29,864 nt of DNA from a virus (taxonomy: Duplodnaviria > Heunggongvirae > Uroviricota > Caudoviricetes): the IMG/VR virus record IMGVR_UViG_3300047160_006104, positions 1-29,864 of that record. One strand, 5' to 3'. Below are positions 7,456 through 13,653 of this stretch, piece by piece. Numbering within the stretch: the first letter of the stretch is position 1; every line of letters begins with the position of its first letter. Made by a program: the position numbers and the translations under genes. The notes beneath the pieces were generated by a model. The model was not told the origin of the DNA. It was given only the letters and a program-made list of their open reading frames with translations, and did no database searches.

Positions 7456-8670
7456 TCAGCGACACGGGGTGGGTGTGCGCCGTCTCGCCGCGACTCGGGG
7501 TGCGCGCACCCTCATGGCCGGCCGCGGCATCGACAGGCTGACCGTTGAGGTGATGTCCACCGGGGCGGAGCTGTTGGGCGCGACAATCGCGAACGGCGCC
7601 AACACCTGCGAGGAACCCGCGAAAACAACCTTGTCGAACGTCACATCGTAGATCAGTTGACCGTTGATGTTGAGGTCCACATTGGCTAGCAGTTGGAAGC
7701 CTGGGGTGTCGATCATGTCGATGGTGGACAGCAGCCCGTTCCAGATCCGCGCCGTGAGCGGCGGCAGGATCACCGCGGTGTTCGTCGACACCTGCACCGG
7801 GGTTTCGATGATGATGCAGTCCGCCACATACAGCGGCTGCCCGGCCGCCAGCCGCGGGGTGAACGTGATCAGCGCGCTGATCGGCTGCACCAGCGGCACA
7901 TTGTCCGCGCCGCCGGGCGGCGGGTCAACGACCGCCATGAACGTGCCGGTCACCTCGAAGAACGTCAACCTGGTCACCCCGATCGGGGTGACCAGCGCGC
8001 CCAGCGTCCCGTGACCTGATATGGCGCCGGGCAACTTGATGTGGGTGAGTTTCGCGTTCACCGACAATCCGGGCGCCCCGCCGAGCAGCGACGTCGCCGC
8101 GGAACCCAGCACGCCGCGGATAGCCGCTTTGATCGGCGGTTTCACCGACAGCGCACCGTGACCGCTCAAGGTCGCAGCCCGAATGATTTGGGCGTTGCCG
8201 GACAGCGCACCGCGACCCGACACGCCGACTGTGATTGCCAGCTTCAGCCGCAAACTCGCGCTGAGTTCCCCGTGTCCAGGCCACGCCGCCGGCACCGCGA
8301 TCCGATACAACCTTGCCGGACCCGTCAACGCGCCGCGCCCAGCGAACCGGTAGGTGAACGCGTCAGCGCTCAGCACGCCGTGACCGGTCAGATAACCCCA
8401 GTCCACGATCGAATACAGCCGCGCCGCCCCGCTCAGCGCGCCGTGCCCGCCCACCGCAACCAGCCTGGCGGCCACCCCGCTCAGCGCCCCATGCCCTGCC
8501 AACCCGGCCGCTTCTTTAACCCCCAGCTTGCCCGTCAACCCGCCGTGACCGCCCAGCACGGCGGGGGTGGTGCCCAGATTGACCGGCAGTGTCCACGGCA
8601 GAATCGAATTACCCGCCGGCCACGCACTCATCGTGATCGGCAACACCCACGGCAACGTCGACGCCATCAC
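7456..8670 (-). CDS. Fibre protein C: two LPWxLP motifs, GxGxL stalk, mycobacteriophage minor-tail-type domain, Arg-rich tail (404 aa)
   Basis: AAAGGGGG RBS with GTG/ATG start. About 10 GHG/GRG-xL repeats. The C-terminal domain (ITFTPRL...LPPLTARIWNGLL...GFQLLAN...LIYDVTF...PFAIVAP) resembles mycobacteriophage tail-protein domains from memory. Confidence 0.65.
   Translation of the reverse strand: MMASTLPWVLPITMSAWPAGNSILPWTLPVNLGTTPAVLGGHGGLTGKLGVKEAAGLAGHGALSGVAARLVAVGGHGALSGAARLYSIVDWGYLTGHGVLSADAFTYRFAGRGALTGPARLYRIAVPAAWPGHGELSASLRLKLAITVGVSGRGALSGNAQIIRAATLSGHGALSVKPPIKAAIRGVLGSAATSLLGGAPGLSVNAKLTHIKLPGAISGHGTLGALVTPIGVTRLTFFEVTGTFMAVVDPPPGGADNVPLVQPISALITFTPRLAAGQPLYVADCIIIETPVQVSTNTAVILPPLTARIWNGLLSTIDMIDTPGFQLLANVDLNINGQLIYDVTFDKVVFAGSSQVLAPFAIVAPNSSAPVDITSTVSLSMPRPAMRVRAPRVAARRRTPTPCR
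8584..8601 (-). repeat. Inverted copy of the 18-bp LPWTLP-coding repeat at 1814-1831
   Basis: Exact reverse complement. Similarity continues downstream in the coding direction (GTCAATCTGGGCACC vs ATCAGACTGGGCTCC). Confidence 0.9.
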
Positions 8671-8679
8671 ACACCCCCT

Positions 8680-9030
8680 TTAGGCGGGCAACCGCGGCAG
8701 ATAGTCAGCATCCCCGATCGGATCGATCTCAATGAACCCCGGCCGGTCAAACGGAACCGGATGCTCAAGCTGTTGAGGTTCACCGGCAAGCAGATGCTCA
8801 CGGGAAGGCCCCCAAAAAAACACCACATGCGTGTACAGCCCTTTCGGGGCGTACACCAACGCCTTACCGACGATCACCCCGCCGCCCAGCACCCGCCATT
8901 CAATCTGGCCCCGCGAATAGTTCAAATCGTCGAACGGCTCCCCCTCAGCGACCGCGCCGTTATGAAACTCGTTGCACGCCAACCCGATATACGGCGGCCG
9001 TATCGCCGCCCCCAAAAACCCGACACTCAT
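8680..9030 (-). CDS. Small minor tail/fibre-associated protein, paralog of 9860..10207 (116 aa)
   Basis: YIGLA...E...YSRGQIEW...G...YTH aligns with WIGLA...E...YARIQTTW...G...YTY of 9860..10207. ATGA overlap with the glycosyltransferase stop. Confidence 0.6.
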   Translation of the reverse strand: MSVGFLGAAIRPPYIGLACNEFHNGAVAEGEPFDDLNYSRGQIEWRVLGGGVIVGKALVYAPKGLYTHVVFFWGPSREHLLAGEPQQLEHPVPFDRPGFIEIDPIGDADYLPRLPA

Positions 9031-9800
9031 GCCGGCCTCAACGGGGTACGCATCGCGCCGAGCTGCGCATCATCACCAGGCATATAGCAGTCATACCCGT
9101 CGAGGCCCAGCCGCCACGGCACATCCTCACCGTCACGCGCAGCGTCCTCCCACGTCCGCACATCCTCATCGAGCGCCAACGCCGCCTGCGAATGCGAATA
9201 CCCGATCGACGTCAACGTCAAATGCCCACACCCAATCCCGCTGTCCACCCACACCTTGAAACCCTGCCGCTTCGCGTGATGACAGAAATGCAGATCATGG
9301 CCCACCAGCGGCGGCTCCGGATACCACATCGGAATGTTTTTATCCCACTGCTCGAACACCTCACGCCGGATCGACGTGAACCCCATCGCCACCCCATCCA
9401 CCTCATACAGCGCCGGATTATCCACCATCGTCTTCACCGTCTGCGCGGTCAGCGGGGAGAAAAACGGCGGCTGCACCTGCATCCACGCCATCACATGATG
9501 CGGCGCGTCATGCTTGAAATACATCGACCCGACAATGTCGTGCTCCGGTCCGTATTGCGCGATCCGGTTGAGGGCGTCGACCGGCGGCAGCATGTCATGC
9601 TCGTACACCACCAACCGATCCCACTCATGACCGAACCGCTCAAACGCCATATCCACCAACGTCTGCATCGCCACCGGCACATAAATCCCCTCGGTGGCCA
9701 CCGTCCCAATCAACGGCTCCTTCTCCAACCGCAACCAGGTAAAAAACCACTCCACCGGAAGCTGCCGATACATCGGGAACGCGGTGATCAGACGTTGCAC
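9027..9800 (-). CDS. GT-A fold (GT2-like) glycosyltransferase (257 aa)
   Basis: Has LVVYEHDML (DxD-equivalent), DIVGSMYF, GVAMGFTSIRREVF and GHDLHFC..AK.QGFKVWVDSGIGCGH, the pattern typical of phage GT2-like enzymes. Confidence 0.8.
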   Translation of the reverse strand: MQRLITAFPMYRQLPVEWFFTWLRLEKEPLIGTVATEGIYVPVAMQTLVDMAFERFGHEWDRLVVYEHDMLPPVDALNRIAQYGPEHDIVGSMYFKHDAPHHVMAWMQVQPPFFSPLTAQTVKTMVDNPALYEVDGVAMGFTSIRREVFEQWDKNIPMWYPEPPLVGHDLHFCHHAKRQGFKVWVDSGIGCGHLTLTSIGYSHSQAALALDEDVRTWEDAARDGEDVPWRLGLDGYDCYMPGDDAQLGAMRTPLRPA

Positions 9801-9806
9801 GCACGA

Positions 9807-9812
9807 AGCGTA
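9807..9812 (-). promoter_or_regulatory. Putative -10 (TACGCT) of a leaderless transcript for the glycosyltransferase
   Basis: The minus strand reads TACGCT-tcgtgc-GTG (6-nt spacer). No Shine-Dalgarno is seen. Confidence 0.45.
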
Positions 9813-9859
9813 GGACGGGCCGCACCCGAAAACGGGGATTACACGCCGTCAGGCGCCAC

Positions 9860-10207
9860 TCACGTCTGCGTATACGTCGGCGTGACGACTATCTGCCCCT
9901 GAGCCCCCATAGTCACCGCTGTAATACTCGCATTGTCCTGCATATTGTTTCCCGCGCTAGAAGACGCAACCAACATATACGTGTAGGTAGCTGCCGCAAC
10001 ATTTATCGTGACCGCGCTTCCGTTTTGGACCCCGGTGGTGCCGGCGCTCCAAGTGGTTTGGATGCGGGCATAGGCGGGTGACCCGCCGGAGGCCTCATTA
10101 GACGGGGCGGCTGAGGTGCCGGGAGCACCCACAGCCAAACCGATCCAGTTGCCGTAACTTTGATAAGCGGAGGCCAACGCGTTCAGTGTGGCCGTGCAGG
10201 TGACCAT
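9860..10207 (-). CDS. Mycobacteriophage-type small minor tail/fibre protein (115 aa)
   Basis: AGGAG RBS. The sequence TLNALASAY..GNWIGL..GAPG...NEASGGSPAYARIQTTW...TYT...GQIVVTPTYTQT strongly matches a common mycobacteriophage minor tail family I recall. Confidence 0.75.
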   Translation of the reverse strand: MVTCTATLNALASAYQSYGNWIGLAVGAPGTSAAPSNEASGGSPAYARIQTTWSAGTTGVQNGSAVTINVAAATYTYMLVASSSAGNNMQDNASITAVTMGAQGQIVVTPTYTQT

Positions 10208-10287
10208 GGCGGATGCTCCTGTCGAGGGTTGACAGGGTCAGCGTGGAACAGGTTTTCCATGCAAAAAGCGCAGCGACACGCCGTCAG

Positions 10288-10635
10288 CTAGCGGGGTGTT
10301 TTGATTTTGAAGTCAATGAACCGTTGGAACGTGCGCCCACCCACGGTAGTGATGGTGTTAGTGACGTGATACAGCCAACCCGCCGTCCCACCCGACACCC
10401 ACACCGTCGTCGTAGTCGCCGTCATCACCGTCACCCCGATCGTGATCCCAACATCCGCCGACCAGCTCGAAGAAACAATGCTGTCACCGGCCGCCAAGAA
10501 CCCTTCAGCTTCCCAGTCGATGAGGACATCGAAGTTCTCAACCGGATATTTACTGAAAAACCCCGGCGGGGCCGTCACCTGCGGATAGGCCACACCTTCC
10601 AGCCCGGTAGTCCAATTGGTGCTCACGCTGTTCAT
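10288..10635 (-). CDS. Fibre-tail adaptor-like protein (115 aa; start reassigned from 10833 to ATG 10635)
   Basis: FSKYP.E.FD..IDW...FLAAGDSIVSSSW...GITI......TTTVWVSGGT.G..YHVTNTITT.GGRT fits the KDPxAxLDYxxDW family from memory. The upstream part of the ORF-track ORF overlaps 10677..10922. Confidence 0.65.
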   Translation of the reverse strand: MNSVSTNWTTGLEGVAYPQVTAPPGFFSKYPVENFDVLIDWEAEGFLAAGDSIVSSSWSADVGITIGVTVMTATTTTVWVSGGTAGWLYHVTNTITTVGGRTFQRFIDFKIKTPR

Positions 10636-10676
10636 CGTCGCAGCCGAAGAGACCCAACCCGGGTATCTGGCTGGGC

Positions 10677-10922
10677 GTGGCGCAAACACAACCCGCACCC
10701 GACGTGAAAAAATCAACCGTGACCTGGAAAGACTTCTGCCCAGGTTGCGGCCATTGGCTACATCAACACAACTCCCGAGGTTGCACCCACACCGGTTCCA
10801 CGCTGGCTGTGTGCGACGACACCCACTGCGCACCCGGCGACGGGCGCCACGCCCACTACGTCCCGGCGCGCTGTGACTGCACCCAACCCTATCTCGCCGC
10901 CGTCGACCACCTACGCTGCTAA
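10677..10922 (+). CDS. Small Cys/His-rich putative metal-binding protein (81 aa)
   Basis: CPGCGHWLHQH...GC...C...HC...HAH...CDC resembles small actinophage zinc-binding proteins. The start is uncertain (GTG 10677 or 10719). Confidence 0.5.
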   Translation: MAQTQPAPDVKKSTVTWKDFCPGCGHWLHQHNSRGCTHTGSTLAVCDDTHCAPGDGRHAHYVPARCDCTQPYLAAVDHLRC

Positions 10923-10935
10923 CGGTTTACCGTGT
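10923..10935. repeat. 13-bp intergenic direct repeat CGGTTTACCGTGT (first copy 7436-7448)
   Basis: Exact match. This copy is also part of an imperfect inverted pair with 10988-11003. Confidence 0.85.
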
Positions 10936-11148
10936 AACTCTGTCAAGACGACACGCCGCACACCATTAACCCGCGTGTCGCAACGAAAGTTACATGACAA
11001 ACCTCATCTAACATCCACGCCAAGCACCCCCGACCCGGGCCGGGAGCTTAAAAGTCATCGCCGAGCCGCAAGACCCGGCCGGTGCCGGGCTTACCCGCCA
11101 AGCGGAGTCACCCGCAACACAAACCCCCCCCTTTTGAAAGGCTTTCCC

Positions 11149-12624
11149 GTGACCATCAGCGAACTACCCACCCTCACCACCGAAAACCGCGGCCTCATCG
11201 CCGCCGGCGGCATGGAAGACTTCCTCGCCACCCTCATCAAACGCCGCGGCACCGTCCACGAAGAACGCGCCCGCTGCCAACAAAAAGCCGAAGCCGTACT
11301 CCTACTAGCCCGCGAACAAGGCCGCGAAACCCTCGAAACCCAAGAAGACGACGAATTCCGCCGCTACGTCAACGAAATGAAAACCAAAGGCGCCGAAATC
11401 GTCTCCCTCGACGAACGCATCGAAGAAGTCCGCTCCGAAGTAGAACGCACCGGACAAATCAACGCCGGCCTACGCACCATCGCCCGCGCCGAAGGCTCCA
11501 TCACCAAAGTCCGCGAACAAGCCATCTACCAAAAAGGCGACCCTCGCCGCTCCTACATCCAAGACATGATCAAACTCTCACTCAACCTCGACGACACCGG
11601 CGAAGCCCGCGACCGCCTCATGCGCCACGCCCAAGACGTCTCCACCCTCCCCGAATACACCGAATTCCGCGATTTGACCCGAGTTGATGGAGCCGGCGGC
11701 TATGCCGTCCCACCTGCTTGGTTAATGAATCAGTACATTGAGCTGGCTCGTCCTGGGCGGGCGATGGCTAACCTGGTACAGCGCCAGCCTCTTCCCGGTG
11801 GTACGGACAGTATCAACATCCCAAAGCTGCTTACTGGTACTGCGGTGGCGGTGCAGCAGACAGATAACCAGGATCTGACTTCAGCCGGCGCGGACGTCGA
11901 CCTCACCGACACGTTCATCAACGCCCCGGTCCGGACGATTGCTGGCCAGCAAGGTATAGCGATCCAGCTGATTGATCAGAGTCCCATTGCATTCGATGAC
12001 GTGGTCTTTCGTGATTTGGTGGCTGCGCACGCAGCTGCTACGGATGTGCAGGTGTTGGATGGGACCGGAACGTCTGGTCAGGTGACGGGTATTGACTACA
12101 CCGCCAACATTCTCACCGTCAACGCCTCAGCAGTCACCATCCAAGGCGTCTACTCCGCCATCGCCAACGCCATCCAAAAAGTCCACAGCCTACGCTTCCT
12201 GCCACCCGAAGTCATCGTCATGCATCCTCGACGGTGGGGGTGGTTCCTCTCCCTGCTCGACACCACCGATAGGCCTCTGTTCCTACCCACCGCCAACAGC
12301 CCAATGAACGTTGCTGGTGTGCTCGAAGACGTCGCCTCCCAACAAGTCGTCGGCCAAATGCACGGCCTTCCCGTCGTGACAGACCCCAATATTTCAATAA
12401 CGAACGGGCCCTTTACTCCATCCGGGAACGAGGACATCATCTATGTGCTACGCGCGAGCGACATCGTGCTCTGGGAAAGCGGAATCAGGGCTCGCGTGCT
12501 CCCTGAAACCAAGGCAGCAAATCTTACTGTTCTCTTACAAATCTATAATTATCTTGCTTTCAGTGCTGCTCGCTACCCCCAGAGCGTAGTGACGATCACC
12601 GGGTTGACCGCCCCAACATTCTAA
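11149..12624 (+). CDS. Major capsid protein, HK97 fold with N-terminal delta/scaffold coiled coil (491 aa)
   Basis: GAAAGG RBS before GTG 11149. The charged helical N-terminus is followed by GGYAVPPAWLMNQYIELARPGR, then MHPRRW and GQMHGLPVVTDPNI. Confidence 0.92.
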   Translation: MTISELPTLTTENRGLIAAGGMEDFLATLIKRRGTVHEERARCQQKAEAVLLLAREQGRETLETQEDDEFRRYVNEMKTKGAEIVSLDERIEEVRSEVERTGQINAGLRTIARAEGSITKVREQAIYQKGDPRRSYIQDMIKLSLNLDDTGEARDRLMRHAQDVSTLPEYTEFRDLTRVDGAGGYAVPPAWLMNQYIELARPGRAMANLVQRQPLPGGTDSINIPKLLTGTAVAVQQTDNQDLTSAGADVDLTDTFINAPVRTIAGQQGIAIQLIDQSPIAFDDVVFRDLVAAHAAATDVQVLDGTGTSGQVTGIDYTANILTVNASAVTIQGVYSAIANAIQKVHSLRFLPPEVIVMHPRRWGWFLSLLDTTDRPLFLPTANSPMNVAGVLEDVASQQVVGQMHGLPVVTDPNISITNGPFTPSGNEDIIYVLRASDIVLWESGIRARVLPETKAANLTVLLQIYNYLAFSAARYPQSVVTITGLTAPTF

Positions 12625-12639
12625 AACCCCAGGTCAAAC

Positions 12640-12679
12640 CACTAGCGGCCACCTCTCGGGGTGGCCGCTAGTGATTTCC
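12640..12679 (+). terminator. Intrinsic terminator-like hairpin after the capsid gene
   Basis: Perfect 14-bp stem CACTAGCGGCCACC (12640-12653) / GGTGGCCGCTAGTG (12660-12673), followed by ATTTCC. Confidence 0.75.
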
Positions 12680-12689
12680 GGCAAACATG

Positions 12690-12698
12690 TGTTACGCT
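12690..12698 (+). promoter_or_regulatory. Putative extended -10 (TGtTACGCT), leaderless, for the NUMOD4-HNH gene
   Basis: TG-n-TACGCT, 6 nt, then ATG 12705. Confidence 0.5.
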
Positions 12699-12704
12699 TG
12701 CTCG

Positions 12705-13241
12705 ATGGACGAGGAGCGGTGGTTACCAGTTGTTGGACAAGAAGGCAAATACGAGATCAGCGACCACGGACGCGCCAGGAGCGTGAACCGAACCGTCACT
12801 CAGCTTGACCGATGGGGCAACCTCACTACCCGTAGGCTAAAAGGTCGACTGCTCAAGCCTGGTCGGACCAGGATGGTCAATGGCGATCCCGGCTACTGGT
12901 TCATCAAGTTGCCGGGCAACGTCACGCTGTTAATCCATGTCGCGGTTCTAGAAGCCTTCGTTGGGCCTCGCCCAGACGAACAGGCGGATGGGTGTCACAA
13001 GGACGATGACCGCGACAACAATCATTTAGCGAATCTTGAGTGGGCCACACACGCCGAGAACCAGCAGACGGCTGTCAAGAATGGCCGCAACCAGAACACC
13101 AACAAGACCCGCTGCAAGAACGGTCATGAGTTCACACCGGAGAACACCATCAATCGAATCAGTAGCAATGGCCGACCTCGGCGTGACTGTCGGGCTTGTC
13201 AGGTCGAGTCGACGGCGCGGTTCAGGGCGCGTCGTCGCTGA
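12705..13241 (+). CDS. NUMOD4-HNH homing endonuclease (178 aa)
   Basis: NUMOD4 motif ERWLPVVGQEGKYEISDHGRARS; HNH IHVAVLEAFVGPRP...CHKDDDRDNNHLANLEWATHAEN; C-terminal KTRCKNGHEFTPENT...RDCRAC. Confidence 0.9.
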   Translation: MDEERWLPVVGQEGKYEISDHGRARSVNRTVTQLDRWGNLTTRRLKGRLLKPGRTRMVNGDPGYWFIKLPGNVTLLIHVAVLEAFVGPRPDEQADGCHKDDDRDNNHLANLEWATHAENQQTAVKNGRNQNTNKTRCKNGHEFTPENTINRISSNGRPRRDCRACQVESTARFRARRR

Positions 13242-13257
13242 TGACTGGCTGCGGTGT

Positions 13258-13266
13258 TGTTACTCT
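13258..13266 (+). promoter_or_regulatory. Putative extended -10 (TGtTACTCT), leaderless, for 13274..13612
   Basis: TG-n-TACTCT, 7 nt, then ATG 13274. Confidence 0.45.
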
Positions 13267-13273
13267 GCGGCTT

Positions 13274-13612
13274 ATGGCTGGTCCGATTGATGTGACGCCT
13301 GATCCTGAGGCGTATGACAAGCGCGACGCCGATGGCATTGTGTTTGCGTATGGTCGGGCGATGCGGCGGGTGGAGATCACGCCGGAGCTCGCTAAGGAGA
13401 TGTTGGCGACTTACAACCCCGGTAGTGAGCCTGATGCGGGGAAGGTGGCGCGGTACGCGGAGTTGATGCGGGCCGGTGAGTGGCGGTTGTTGCCGTTGCC
13501 GGTTATTTATCGGGGGGGAAGGTTGACGTCGTCGCGGGATCGGTTGGCGGCGGTGATTGAGGCCGGCATGACGGTGCCGATGTACGTGTGTGACGATTCA
13601 TGTCCTAGGTGA
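13274..13612 (+). CDS. Degenerate ParB/Srx-N-terminal-like protein (112 aa)
   Basis: EITPELAKEML..N......KVARYAELMRAGEW...P.I..GGRL..SRDRLAAVIEAG.TV matches the phage ParB-N-like pattern, but the usual DGQHRL reads SSRDRL. Confidence 0.55.
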   Translation: MAGPIDVTPDPEAYDKRDADGIVFAYGRAMRRVEITPELAKEMLATYNPGSEPDAGKVARYAELMRAGEWRLLPLPVIYRGGRLTSSRDRLAAVIEAGMTVPMYVCDDSCPR

Positions 13613-13638
13613 GCCTCCCGCGTTAGGTTGCTGGTCGG

Positions 13639-13647
13639 TGTTATCGT
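13639..13647 (+). promoter_or_regulatory. Putative extended -10 (TGtTATCGT), leaderless, for 13654..14157 and the downstream neck/tail genes
   Basis: TG-n-TATCGT, 6 nt, then ATG 13654. No SD is present. Confidence 0.5.
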
Positions 13648-13653
13648 CCGGGC

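Noticed and set aside
8809-8820. T7G5 run (minus strand) as a slippery site in 8680..9030
   Set aside because: The -1 frame hits TGA within a few codons, so no fusion results, and the run lies in a G/T-rich codon patch.
10923-10935. GTAAACCG resemblance to a Gin/Hin-type crossover half-site, and GTTACATGACAAA resemblance to a cluster A1 stoperator consensus as I recall it
   Set aside because: The second GGTTT half-site is missing, no invertase is in the window, and single partial matches are not enough.
11074-11135. Small hairpin (CCCGGC/GCCGGG) and a C8 run in the capsid leader as a riboswitch or phase-variation site
   Set aside because: Short GC stems are expected by chance at this GC content, and there is no recognisable RNA family pattern.
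10873-11148. 92-aa N-terminal extension of the capsid ORF in the ORF track
   Set aside because: GTG 11149 has a good RBS, and the extension is low-complexity translation of the intergenic leader.
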